Shown piece after piece: positions 1 to 8,792 of a DNA stretch of 24,538 nt; the stretch's first letter is position 1, and every line of letters begins with the position of its first letter. Position numbers and translations under genes: made by a program. The DNA is taken from contig JAYUGC010000151.1 in NCBI GenBank assembly GCA_043767805.1, forward strand, positions 1 to 24,538, read 5' to 3'. This DNA comes from Pseudomonadota bacterium (GTDB taxonomy: Bacteria > Bdellovibrionota > FAC87 > UBA2466). The notes under the pieces were generated by a model. That model worked only from the letters and a program-made list of their open reading frames with translations. It ran no database searches and was not told the DNA's origin.

Positions 1-31
1 CCCTTTTGGTACCAAAAAGTGCCAGAGCGAG

Positions 32-913
32 TTAGCGCTTCTTTAAATTCGAGAGGGCGATGAGCGCGAGCAAGCAGATGATTAGGAATATGATGAGCAC
101 TTTGACGAGGAACCACCAGTCAAAGGCCGAGTTGCGACGAGCTTCGGAGTCCAAGGCCGCTTGCACGCCTTCCACTTCCGAGCGCTTCCCGGGAATGGAC
201 GCCTTGTCCTCGCCGCCGGCTTGATCGCCGCCCTTGGAAGCGTCCTTCTTGCCGCCGTTCCCCCCGCCGCCTCCACCGCCGGAGCCGCCTTCTTCCGCGC
301 CACCGCCACCGTCGGCTTTGCCGAACGCATTTTTTCCGCCCTGGGCGCTGTCACTTCCCGAGCTGCCATCGGCCTTTTGATTGCCGCCTTTGAAAAATCC
401 GTCGCCGCTCAAATTGCCGCCGCCGTTAAATCCGCCGCCACCGCCGCCGCCGCCTTGGGAGCCACCGCCGCCAACATTGCCTCCGCCACCGACGTTACCG
501 CCCCCACCCACATCTCCCACGGGCTTTAATTCCCGGCCCTGAGCGAGCTGGCCGGTCTTCAACTGACCATTTCCGCCGACATCGGAAGGCGCGTTCATCG
601 GGCTGCCATCGGCGAGCGCATCCGGATCTTTCAAGTCCGATCCTTGGGAGACCTGGTTCGAGCCCCCTGGATTGGCTTGTCTCTCCGCGCTGAACCACAC
701 ATTCGGCACCGGCCGTTTCGGCGTTTGCCCGATGAAGTCCACGAGCTTTTGCCGCTGCCCTTGAAGAGAACCGATCAAAGCCTGGCCGAAAACGCGATTC
801 AAAATAGGAATCGCAACGGCCGCCACCACCACGGTGACCATCAGATAATCCACGACGGACTGCCCCGATTGAGCGCGCGCACGTCGTTTCATGGGATAAA
901 TGGATGCACTCAT
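32..913 (-). CDS. Gly-rich membrane/surface protein with Flp/TadE-like prepilin N-terminus and C-terminal TM anchor
   Basis: N-terminus MKRRARAQSG|QSVVDYLMVTVVVAAVAIP: basic leader, G|Q, DY at +5/+6, then a hydrophobic helix. Long G/S/N/D-rich linker. C-terminus FDWWFLVKVLIIFLIICLLALIALSNLKKR is a TM helix plus basic tail. Alternative start ATG at 892. Confidence 0.7.
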   Translation of the reverse strand: MSASIYPMKRRARAQSGQSVVDYLMVTVVVAAVAIPILNRVFGQALIGSLQGQRQKLVDFIGQTPKRPVPNVWFSAERQANPGGSNQVSQGSDLKDPDALADGSPMNAPSDVGGNGQLKTGQLAQGRELKPVGDVGGGGNVGGGGNVGGGGSQGGGGGGGGFNGGGNLSGDGFFKGGNQKADGSSGSDSAQGGKNAFGKADGGGGAEEGGSGGGGGGGNGGKKDASKGGDQAGGEDKASIPGKRSEVEGVQAALDSEARRNSAFDWWFLVKVLIIFLIICLLALIALSNLKKR

Positions 914-971
914 GGCTTAGCGAGTCAGAAGCGACTTGATGAAGGAAGAGACAGGCGGAAGCGAAAAAACC

Positions 972-2372
972 CTAAGAGACGGCTTTCTTCAGCTTCTCCT
1001 GTATTTTACCAAACTCTCCGTTAGACATCACGACCACTGTGTCCCCAGGCTGGAAACCCTTGAGGAATTCGGCCACGATTTCGTCGGAAGTGGCGAAACT
1101 GGAGGCGGTTTTGCCCTTGGCGACCAAACTATCCACCAAAGTGCTGGAGTTGAAGCGCTCGCCGTCTTTCAGCGCGCCCTGCAAAGGCTCGGCGACTAAA
1201 ATCCGATCGGCACTGTCAAAAGCTTTGGCATAGTCCTCTTGAAGGACCGCGCGGCGAGAAGTCGCGGAACGCGGCTCGAAAAGCGCCCACAACTTCGCAT
1301 TGGGACGGCGCCGTTTCACCGCCGTCAAAGTCGCGCGCACTTCCGTCGGATGGTGAGCGAAGTCGTCCACGAGATAGATGGGCGCTTTCATCAAGACTTC
1401 CTGCCGCCGGCGGGCTCCGTTAAACTTCGCGGTGATGGGACGGATGGCGTCGATGGAGACGCCAAGATTCACGGCGCAGATGATGCCGGAAATAATATTC
1501 AAAAGATTGTGCTCGCCGAACATGGGCGACTTGAAAGTGCCGGCGCTTCTTCCCTTATAGATCACTTCGAATTCGAAGCCGTCTTCGTTCTCAGACACTT
1601 TGCCCAGCCGCCACATGGCTCCGGGCCCCGTACCGAAAGTCTGAATCGGGCAAAGCGCGCCCTGCACCACTTCCATGGCGTTCTTGTCATCGTAACGGGC
1701 GATACAAAGCCCGTCGCCCGGGAGAAGCGCCACTAATTTCTCAAAAGACGCCTTCACGTGATCGAGATCGCGGTAAATGTCGGCGTGATCGAACTCCACG
1801 TTGGCCAAAACCAAAAAATGCGGGTTGTAGTGCAGAAACTTAGGCCCTTTGTCGAAGAAGGCCGAGTCGTACTCGTCCCCTTCCCCCACGAAGACTTCGC
1901 CCCGGGTCAGCGCGCAGCCGCGAGGCAAGTCGAGCGGCACGCCGCCGACCAGATAAGAGGGATCCATGCCGAGCTCTTTCAACAGAAATGCAATCCAGCT
2001 CGTGGTGGTGGTCTTTCCATGAGTGCCCGCGCAGACCACCGACTTTCTATCTTGAATGAGCAAGCGGCGCACGGCTTCCGGAAAAGAAACGAACGGCACG
2101 CCCTTTTGGATCCAGGCGCGAGCCTCGGGATTCTCCTTCGTGATGACGTTACCGATGAGCACCATGTCGGGCGTGAGCCGCGAAGCCGTGTCCGCTGAGA
2201 ACCCTTCGATGAACTCCACGTGCGCGGAAGCGAGCACCGACTTCATGGGCTCGTAGAGAGCCTTGTCACTCCCCGTGACCTGATACCCGCTCTCGGAAAG
2301 CGCCACGGCGAAAGTGCCGGTTCCCGTACCGCCCACTCCCACGAAATGAATGTTCCGGATTGAGCTTTCCAT
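972..2372 (-). CDS. mpl: UDP-N-acetylmuramate:L-alanyl-gamma-D-glutamyl-meso-diaminopimelate ligase (murein peptide ligase)
   Basis: IHFVGVGGTG dinucleotide-binding start, P-loop AGTHGKTTT, Mpl-type EGDEYDSAFFDK..KFLHY, DHADIY, DDFAHHPTE, FEPRS, MSNGEFG. Start moved to ATG 2372, which has an AGGAG SD upstream and abuts the previous gene's stop. Confidence 0.9.
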   Translation of the reverse strand: MESSIRNIHFVGVGGTGTGTFAVALSESGYQVTGSDKALYEPMKSVLASAHVEFIEGFSADTASRLTPDMVLIGNVITKENPEARAWIQKGVPFVSFPEAVRRLLIQDRKSVVCAGTHGKTTTTSWIAFLLKELGMDPSYLVGGVPLDLPRGCALTRGEVFVGEGDEYDSAFFDKGPKFLHYNPHFLVLANVEFDHADIYRDLDHVKASFEKLVALLPGDGLCIARYDDKNAMEVVQGALCPIQTFGTGPGAMWRLGKVSENEDGFEFEVIYKGRSAGTFKSPMFGEHNLLNIISGIICAVNLGVSIDAIRPITAKFNGARRRQEVLMKAPIYLVDDFAHHPTEVRATLTAVKRRRPNAKLWALFEPRSATSRRAVLQEDYAKAFDSADRILVAEPLQGALKDGERFNSSTLVDSLVAKGKTASSFATSDEIVAEFLKGFQPGDTVVVMSNGEFGKIQEKLKKAVS

Positions 2373-2374
2373 GA

Positions 2375-3433
2375 CTAACTCCTGCAAAATTGCGCCCAGG
2401 CATCGTGAATGCGCGGCCGCCACTGGCGAACGCGCTCGTCGAGCCGCGAGGGATGAACGCGATTCGTGTGAAAAATAGCGAAATGACTCTGCTCGGGATC
2501 GATCCAGACCGAGCACCCCGGATAGCCGAGATGACCGAACGCCGAGGGACTAAAGAGAGAGCCGGCGGAAGATCCTTCCGCGGAACGAGTGTCCCATCCG
2601 TACGCCCAGGAACTTGCCGGCGCGCGGTTCGAGCGGGTGACGAATTGCTTCGCGGTCTTTTGCCCGAGCCATTTCGATTTGCCCTGAACCGCCGCGAGCC
2701 ATTCTTTCGCCCAGCGCGACAAGCCTCGGGCGGTGGAAAAGAGTCCTGCATGCGCGGTGGCTCCCTCGAGCTCGCGCGAGTTATCGTCGAAAACGTCGCC
2801 CTGCCAAAAAGCCGCGGTCTCGAGGCTGAACTCCGTCGCGGCACAGGCAGCGTTCTTCACCGGACCATAGCGAGTTTCGTCTAGTCCTAACGGACCCGCG
2901 ACGCGCGCTTGAAATAGCCGGCCGAGCTCCTGACCTTTAGACTCGAGAACGAGCCCCAAGAGCAAGAATCCCAAATCGCTGTACACGGCCTTCTCGCCCG
3001 AACGACGAGGCAAGACTCGTTTCGCCTCTTTGCGAAACCACGCTGTCAAATCCGCGCGCGAGGTTTCTTTGCCGACGGGAAGCCAAGCTTCGAGGCCCGC
3101 GCTATGACTCAAAACGGCGCCAAGCTCGAGCGGGCCAAGGGTCGTATCGGAAAGCGCGCTCACATGCTTGCCGACGGTGTCGCTCAAGGCGAGCTCACTT
3201 CTGTCGACAGCAAGCGCACAAAGCGTAGTCGTCACGACGACTTTGGTCACGGAGCCGATATCAAAGTACGTCGACGTACTGACCGGCGCGGCGCCTTTCC
3301 AGTGAGACAGAGAACCGCCCGCAAGGGAGAGCTCTCCCTTTGGCCCTTCCCCATGGAACTGGAAACCGGAATAAACGTACTCGGACCGGGCTTGCTCCAA
3401 CAAACGAGCGATGGAGTCCTGTGCTTTGATCAT
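2375..3433 (-). CDS. Serine hydrolase, class C beta-lactamase/AmiE-like family, no signal peptide
   Basis: FDIGSVTK (SxxK), LSHSAGL, YSDLGF, HAGLFSTA, FGHLGYPGCSVWIDP, TNRVHP. GGAG SD upstream. Confidence 0.85.
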   Translation of the reverse strand: MIKAQDSIARLLEQARSEYVYSGFQFHGEGPKGELSLAGGSLSHWKGAAPVSTSTYFDIGSVTKVVVTTTLCALAVDRSELALSDTVGKHVSALSDTTLGPLELGAVLSHSAGLEAWLPVGKETSRADLTAWFRKEAKRVLPRRSGEKAVYSDLGFLLLGLVLESKGQELGRLFQARVAGPLGLDETRYGPVKNAACAATEFSLETAAFWQGDVFDDNSRELEGATAHAGLFSTARGLSRWAKEWLAAVQGKSKWLGQKTAKQFVTRSNRAPASSWAYGWDTRSAEGSSAGSLFSPSAFGHLGYPGCSVWIDPEQSHFAIFHTNRVHPSRLDERVRQWRPRIHDAWAQFCRS

Positions 3434-3442
3434 CGGCTCCTG

Positions 3443-4591
3443 TCAGCGCCAAGCGTCTCGGAAAATCGCGGAGGGCAGCCCGAGGGTGCCCACGTCAGTC
3501 GTCGCATAGAGACGATCGGCCACCGAGAAAGCATAGAGGTTGCCGTAGTTGCTCATGCAGTAGAACCACTCGTCTCCACCCGAAACGGCAGCCGACAAAG
3601 TTCCCACGCCGAGCCGGCCCACGGAAATGAGGCGCCCGTCCTTCGGATCCAAGACGTAGAAAGGATCCGCCGACGTGGTCACCACGAGCGTGTTGCCAAC
3701 CTTGGTGGGCGTCATGGCCACGCCCGCTTCAAAGGGCACTTTCCAGATAACTTGGCCCGAGCTCGCGTCGAGAGCGTAGAGAGATCCGTTCAAGCCCGAA
3801 AAGTAGAGCCGTCCGTCTTCTAGAACGAAGCCGCCGTAGCTGCCGACGGGAAAGCTCCATTTGGTCGCGCCCGTTTTGCGATCGAGGCGATAGAGCATGC
3901 CGTCGAATGTCGCGGCGTACACCGAGGTGTCGTCCACGAGGGGCGGCATATCGACGTCGTAAAACCGATCCCGGACCCGGAGCTTCTTCGTCCAAATCTC
4001 CTGGCCCGTTTCCGCGTTCAGCGCCATGAGCGAGCCGTCCGAGAACCCCACAAAGACTTCGCCACCGGAAACGGTGGGACTCGACGTCCCGCGAATGGTC
4101 ATCTTCTCGTCGCCGCGATGAGAATAGCGCCAGAGAATTTTACCGTCGTCACTATTGATGGCCACGAGCTCGTCGTTCGACGCCATGGCGTAGAGCCGAT
4201 CTCTGAGAAGCGCCGGCGCGGATAACCACTCGGCTCCGACGTTCGCCGTCCACGCTTCCGAGCCGTCCCGCGCATTGAGCGCATGCAGCGTGCCCGCGCG
4301 ATCGCCCACGTAAATCTTGCTGCGCCCGTAAGTCAGCGCGCCATCGATCGACACCGGAAGCTTGGTCTCCCAAAAAATATAGCCTTCCTTGCGGTGGAAC
4401 GCGATGAGGCGTCCCTCGAGGTTGGCGGCGTAAATGATGTCTCCGACCACGAGCGGCCGGGTGCGCTCGTGCGGACGAAGCTCGAAGGTGTGACCCACCC
4501 GAGTCGGAAAAACCCACTCGTTATTGACGGAGATGTCACCGAAACCAGCGCACGTTGCGAGCGAGAGAGCGAGGCCCAAGAAAAACTTCAA
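3443..4591 (-). CDS. PQQ-like beta-propeller repeat protein, BamB-like
   Basis: Repeated G.L.AL....G...W blades (GTLHALNARDGSEAW, GSLMALNAETGQEIW, GSLYALDASSGQVIW). N-terminal signal peptide. TTG start overlaps the stop of the upstream YfgM-like gene, matching the common yfgM-bamB pairing. Confidence 0.8.
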   Translation of the reverse strand: MKFFLGLALSLATCAGFGDISVNNEWVFPTRVGHTFELRPHERTRPLVVGDIIYAANLEGRLIAFHRKEGYIFWETKLPVSIDGALTYGRSKIYVGDRAGTLHALNARDGSEAWTANVGAEWLSAPALLRDRLYAMASNDELVAINSDDGKILWRYSHRGDEKMTIRGTSSPTVSGGEVFVGFSDGSLMALNAETGQEIWTKKLRVRDRFYDVDMPPLVDDTSVYAATFDGMLYRLDRKTGATKWSFPVGSYGGFVLEDGRLYFSGLNGSLYALDASSGQVIWKVPFEAGVAMTPTKVGNTLVVTTSADPFYVLDPKDGRLISVGRLGVGTLSAAVSGGDEWFYCMSNYGNLYAFSVADRLYATTDVGTLGLPSAIFRDAWR

Positions 4592-5307
4592 GACTTAGTC
4601 TCCTGCCAGAGGGGGCTGGACATGCGGCGCAACAAGCCTTTGGCTAGCTTCGCGTACTCGGTGTTCGTGTACTCTTCGCTGACCTTTTTGTAGATCTCTT
4701 CCGCCTTCGCTTTGTCGCCCTTCATTTCCTGCAAACGCCCGAGGCTGAGCTTCGCGAGGCCCGCGGGCTCTCCGCCGAAATCCGCGGCCATTTGATAATC
4801 CTTACCCGCTTCGTCTAGCTGACCCAGAATTTCCTTAGTGCCCGCCCGATCCAAGTACAAAAGCTGTTTCTCACCGGCGAGCAAACCGCGAAACTCGAGG
4901 GCCTTGCCGTACCAGCTCACCGATTGAGTCGCGGCTTCCGTGGGCTTTCCGTCTTTCTTCAGCGCTTCCTTCTTCGCGTCGTCGTAATAGGAGTCCGCGA
5001 TAGCCACCGAGGCGAAATACCCGGGGCGATCGCCCGTGTGATCGGTTTGGAAAACTTTCAACTGATCGAGGCGCTGGGCTCCGGTGAGCTTCGTAATGCG
5101 GGCGTACTCGCCCCAGCTCTTATCGAGCTTACGATCGGACCACCAATCAAACGCGTAGACCGAGGCGATGAGAATCGCGCCGCCGATCAGAACCGGCATG
5201 AAGCGCTTTCGTTTCTGAAGAAGAAAAGCGAACGCCGCCTGCCCCTTCTTTACGAACTCGTCCGGTTTTTTAAGATCTTTGCGGTCGAGTTTAGGTGTCT
5301 TTTCCAT
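4588..5307 (-). CDS. Single-pass membrane TPR protein, YfgM-like
   Basis: Basic N-terminus RKDLKKPDEF, one TM helix (FMPVLIGGAILIASVYAF), helical TPR-like C-terminus (LAKLSLGRLQEMKGDKAKAEEIYKKV). GGAG SD. Directly upstream of the BamB-like gene. Confidence 0.75.
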   Translation of the reverse strand: MEKTPKLDRKDLKKPDEFVKKGQAAFAFLLQKRKRFMPVLIGGAILIASVYAFDWWSDRKLDKSWGEYARITKLTGAQRLDQLKVFQTDHTGDRPGYFASVAIADSYYDDAKKEALKKDGKPTEAATQSVSWYGKALEFRGLLAGEKQLLYLDRAGTKEILGQLDEAGKDYQMAADFGGEPAGLAKLSLGRLQEMKGDKAKAEEIYKKVSEEYTNTEYAKLAKGLLRRMSSPLWQETKS

Positions 5308-5405
5308 CGTTCAGTCTCCTGCGGCTACCCACTGAGCTTTTGCTGCGCACAATAATGATTAAACCATGCTAACATTTCACTTATTCGGGCCATCCGTCAA
5401 ACCCC

Positions 5406-5891
5406 ATGAAACGAACCCTTACCATCCTCCTCCTTCTTTTGGGCTCAGCGTCAACTCCCCATGCCGAGGCGAGGAACCTTCAGAACCGGTTCGGGATGGG
5501 GATGATGCTCCACGATCTCAGTGGCCTAGCGTCGGTCTCGCTCCGTTATGTCCCCGAGCTTCATTACGCCGTCGGCTTTTCCTTGGGGTTTGATTCCGGG
5601 AGCTCGGGCTACACCATGATGGGCGGACGCCTGAACCGCTACGTGGATCTTCAAGAGAACCTGAACGCCTACCTTGGCGTCGCGGCTTATTACGTCGCCC
5701 GAGCCACCGCCGGGGTGACGACGCGGGGCTATCAGATTGATGCACTGCTCGGAATCGAGGCTTTCCTCCCCGGGCTCTCCGACCTGGGGCTCACTTTCGA
5801 GACGGGACTTGGGTACCGATCCCTCGCCGGGACGTCTTTGAGGACCCTCGGCAATGGCTTTTTAGGGACCGCTATCCACTACTACTTCTGA
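5406..5891 (+). CDS. Small outer-membrane beta-barrel protein
   Basis: Signal peptide ending ...PHAEA, alternating amphipathic strands, C-terminal aromatic beta-signal AIHYYF. Confidence 0.7.
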   Translation: MKRTLTILLLLLGSASTPHAEARNLQNRFGMGMMLHDLSGLASVSLRYVPELHYAVGFSLGFDSGSSGYTMMGGRLNRYVDLQENLNAYLGVAAYYVARATAGVTTRGYQIDALLGIEAFLPGLSDLGLTFETGLGYRSLAGTSLRTLGNGFLGTAIHYYF

Positions 5892-5920
5892 GTATTCCCC
5901 TGGAATACACCCCCCTCGAC

Positions 5921-5950
5921 TCGACGCAATGCCCCTGTTCCAGCTATAAT
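5921..5950 (+). promoter_or_regulatory. Putative sigma70-type promoter for the 5995 gene
   Basis: TCGACG(5921-26)-N18-TATAAT(5945-50), about 45 nt upstream of ATG 5995. Confidence 0.45.
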
Positions 5951-5994
5951 GGAGATATCCGTCCCAGGTATCCCCGGTAGATCGAAAATCCAAA

Positions 5995-6729
5995 ATGAAA
6001 AATATCATCGCTTACACGTTAGTGGGGTTCCTCGCCGTGGTGGCGCCCGCCGTTTCGCGGGCCGAGAGCCAGGATACCGATTACAAAGGGGTTACCGATC
6101 CTTTCAGCGATCCGACGAACTACGAGTTCGCGGAAGACGAGAAGGAGGACAAGGAGTTCTTCCACCTGGGCCGTTACCTCATGCTCGGCTTCGACACGGG
6201 CGTCGGCATTTTCACGGGGGAAATCGGCCGCACTACCCAACCCGGCTTTTACGTCGGCCTGAAGCTTCTCTACTTTTTCGACAAGTCGTTCGCCATGGAA
6301 GCGGCCGGCCACTATTCCAGTCACAGCCAGCTCGTGATTCCGGACGCGTCGAAAGTGCTGGAGCTCCAAGTCTCGCTCATTCCGGTGACGGCGGGCTTCC
6401 GGTATTACTTCGATACGAAAGCCGCGCCCAAAGCGATCGCCATCGCCAATCCCTATCTAGCGTTCGGCGCTGGCGCTTACATTCGGCAGCAGCAGGTCTT
6501 GCAAGATACCGCATCGGTCTTGGCCGGCGGGGAGGCCACCTCCAGCGCGCTCGGCGGCTACGCCGGCGGCGGCGTGGAGTTTTCCATTTACCGTCGCCAT
6601 CTCTATTTAGGCATCGATCTTCGTTACCATCTCATCTTCTTCAACGACGAGACGCAGAAGTTCTTCGTGGATGGCGATCGCGCGGGTGATTACTTCACCG
6701 GCAATATCGGCATTACGTATAACTTTTGA
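5995..6729 (+). CDS. Outer-membrane beta-barrel protein (OmpA/OmpW-like 8-strand fold) with acidic N-terminal extension
   Basis: Signal peptide ending ...VSRA, PVTAGFRYYF, NPYLAFGAG, GGGVEF, GIDLRYH, terminal GITYNF. Confidence 0.75.
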   Translation: MKNIIAYTLVGFLAVVAPAVSRAESQDTDYKGVTDPFSDPTNYEFAEDEKEDKEFFHLGRYLMLGFDTGVGIFTGEIGRTTQPGFYVGLKLLYFFDKSFAMEAAGHYSSHSQLVIPDASKVLELQVSLIPVTAGFRYYFDTKAAPKAIAIANPYLAFGAGAYIRQQQVLQDTASVLAGGEATSSALGGYAGGGVEFSIYRRHLYLGIDLRYHLIFFNDETQKFFVDGDRAGDYFTGNIGITYNF

Positions 6730-6739
6730 TGCCATTCAG

Positions 6740-6760
6740 CGTTCAAGCTTCGCTTGAACG
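6740..6760. terminator. Perfect hairpin between convergent genes (possible bidirectional terminator)
   Basis: CGTTCAAGC-TTC-GCTTGAACG, 9-bp stem in the 32-nt gap between stops at 6729 (+) and 6762 (-). No U-tract. Confidence 0.45.
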
Positions 6761-6761
6761 G

Positions 6762-7583
6762 CTAATGTCCAGCGAATAGGCTCCAGCCGACAATCGCTCC
6801 ACCGAGCAGGATGCGGTACCACGCAAAAAGCGCGAAGTCGGCGACCCGCAGGAAACGCATCAGCACGTGAATGCTGATGAGCCCAAACACGAGCGAGGCC
6901 GCGAGTCCCGTCGCGAGCATCGACGAGGGAATGGCTTCGGCGGCGGAGTGCTGAAACACTTCCCTGCCCTTCATGACGCCGGCCGCGAGCGTAATGGGAA
7001 ACGAGAGTAGGAACGAATAGCGAGCGGCCGCCTCACGGCTGATGCTCAAGAATCGAGCCATGGTCATCGTCGATCCCGAGCGCGAGACGCCGGGCACGAT
7101 CGCGCAGGCCTGTGCGATGCCGATCCAGAAGGCGTCCTTGCCTCTCAAATCCTCGATCTTTCTCGTCGATGGATAGCGGCCGTCCACCCAGTAGAGCAAG
7201 AAGCCGACGCCCGCGAGAGTCATGGCGATGAGCAGCGGCGAGCGGAACGTGTCCTCCGCCTGTTGATTGAAGAGATACCCGGCGATGCCCGCCGGAATCG
7301 AACCGAAGAATAAGAGCCAGAAGAGGAGACGATCGGTTTCAAACCCGATCTTTCTCTCGATGATACTGAGGAAACCCGCCTTGATGAGACGAAACCAATC
7401 TCCCGCGAAGTAGAAGAAGACCGCGACGATGGTCCCCAGGTGGAGAAACGCATCGAAAGCGAGACCCGGATCTTTCCATCCGAAGATCCAGGGAAACAAG
7501 ATCAAGTGCGCCGAGCTGCTGATGGGCAGAAACTCGGTAATCCCCTGGACCGCGCCGAGAACGAAGGACTGAAAGATGGTCAT
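6762..7583 (-). CDS. uppP: Undecaprenyl-diphosphate phosphatase (BacA)
   Basis: GAVQGITEFLPISSSAHL, FDAFLHLGT, IVPGVSRSGSTM, AARYSFLLS. Multiple TM helices. GGGGAG SD. Confidence 0.95.
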   Translation of the reverse strand: MTIFQSFVLGAVQGITEFLPISSSAHLILFPWIFGWKDPGLAFDAFLHLGTIVAVFFYFAGDWFRLIKAGFLSIIERKIGFETDRLLFWLLFFGSIPAGIAGYLFNQQAEDTFRSPLLIAMTLAGVGFLLYWVDGRYPSTRKIEDLRGKDAFWIGIAQACAIVPGVSRSGSTMTMARFLSISREAAARYSFLLSFPITLAAGVMKGREVFQHSAAEAIPSSMLATGLAASLVFGLISIHVLMRFLRVADFALFAWYRILLGGAIVGWSLFAGH

Positions 7584-7640
7584 GAGCTCCCCCGAAAGAC
7601 CTGCCTGAGATTATAGGCCAGAATCGTCGACAGAGGTATT

Positions 7641-8717
7641 TCAACCTATGAGGGAATGCAGATAATCGGCAGCCAGGAGACAGGTGCGATCCCGGGCGAA
7701 GTCGAGAGAGCCCGAAAGCGGCGGCGCGACCTCGGTAATGTCGCCTCCGAAAACCTCGAAATGCTTTCTGACTTCGGCGATGAGCTGAGTTACGAACGCC
7801 GGCTGGAGCCCCTCGAACTCAGGCGTGCCCGTTGCGGGGGCAAAGGAGGCGTCCGTTCCGTCGATATCATTTGAAATGTAGATCCGGCTCACGCCTAGCT
7901 CCCGGAAATGCTCGACCACGTTCTCAATGGCCTGGGTTTCCTTGCCCTTGATCTCCGCCGCCCAGAACTGGCGCACGGGCAGCAGGGCCTCCCACTGTTC
8001 GCGGCTCCGCGTCGAGGCCCTCAGACCCACTTGCACGAGGTGCTTGGGCTTCATGGCTTTTTGCGCGTGAAAGGCCCAGGTGGCGAAACAGAAACTGACA
8101 CCGAGCCGCTTTTCCAAGAGATCGGAATGGGCGTCGAAGTGAAGCACCCCGTACTCCTGTCCGAGACGCTCCTGACAATAGCGCATGGCGGGCCACGAGA
8201 CGCTGTGATCCCCTCCCAAGACGACGAGCCGGGCCTTCGGATTGAGCTCGTGCAAAGTGAGAAAGGCCGCTTCCGCGAGAGACAACGGACTGACCGGCAA
8301 CGCCTCGCCTTGCGTGCCCGGAAAGAGGGCTTGGCGGCAGGCCGAGATCTGCGCGTCGTTCAGCATGGAGTCGTGGAGAAGCTGCGGAATGCAAAGCACG
8401 TCGCCAATATCGATGAGCCCTTTGGGGTAAGCGCCGTAACGCTCCAGATAGGCCATGCGAATCCCCATGGGGCCAAACGCCGCGCCTCTAAAAAAACTCG
8501 CGCCGGTATCGCACGGCACGCCAATCAAAATCGTCTCCACCCGGCGAATGCGCTGCAGCGCTTCTTCCCACGCCTCTTGAATGGCCTCGCTTTGGTCAGT
8601 GCCATAGAGCTTCATGAGGAGCGGACGCGCCATGCCGCCACCCGTCGAGAAAGTCGCGATGCCCCGGCCCGGAGGACGAAGGAAAAGACGCAGGCGATCT
8701 AACGCGGAGAGCGGCAT
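7641..8717 (-). CDS. Arginase/agmatinase (ureohydrolase) family protein
   Basis: GVPCDTG, LGGDHS, HFDAHSD, QVGLR, SNDIDGTD, APATGTPE, DITEVAP: complete binuclear Mn ligand set. ATG 8717 preferred over GTG 8735. Confidence 0.88.
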   Translation of the reverse strand: MPLSALDRLRLFLRPPGRGIATFSTGGGMARPLLMKLYGTDQSEAIQEAWEEALQRIRRVETILIGVPCDTGASFFRGAAFGPMGIRMAYLERYGAYPKGLIDIGDVLCIPQLLHDSMLNDAQISACRQALFPGTQGEALPVSPLSLAEAAFLTLHELNPKARLVVLGGDHSVSWPAMRYCQERLGQEYGVLHFDAHSDLLEKRLGVSFCFATWAFHAQKAMKPKHLVQVGLRASTRSREQWEALLPVRQFWAAEIKGKETQAIENVVEHFRELGVSRIYISNDIDGTDASFAPATGTPEFEGLQPAFVTQLIAEVRKHFEVFGGDITEVAPPLSGSLDFARDRTCLLAADYLHSLIG

Positions 8718-8792
8718 AAAACGACCATACCGCACTCCCGATCGCTTTTCACTTAGACCCGGGAGGCGAGAGATCGGGTTATACTTAAGACT

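Noticed and set aside
4..17. Perfect palindrome TTTTGGTACCAAAA downstream of the Gly-rich gene
   Set aside because: At the window edge with no context; cannot distinguish operator, terminator or chance.
260..510. CCGCCG-rich repetitive DNA
   Set aside because: Explained by poly-Gly codons of the 32..913 gene; there is no repeat-spacer periodicity, so not a CRISPR array.
2373..2516. N-terminal extension of Mpl in the ORF track
   Set aside because: It overlaps the upstream hydrolase; ATG 2372 has an SD and matches where the family begins.
2375..3433. Possible beta-lactam resistance gene
   Set aside because: No signal peptide, and it sits in a housekeeping context next to mpl; the SxxK fold alone does not imply beta-lactamase activity.
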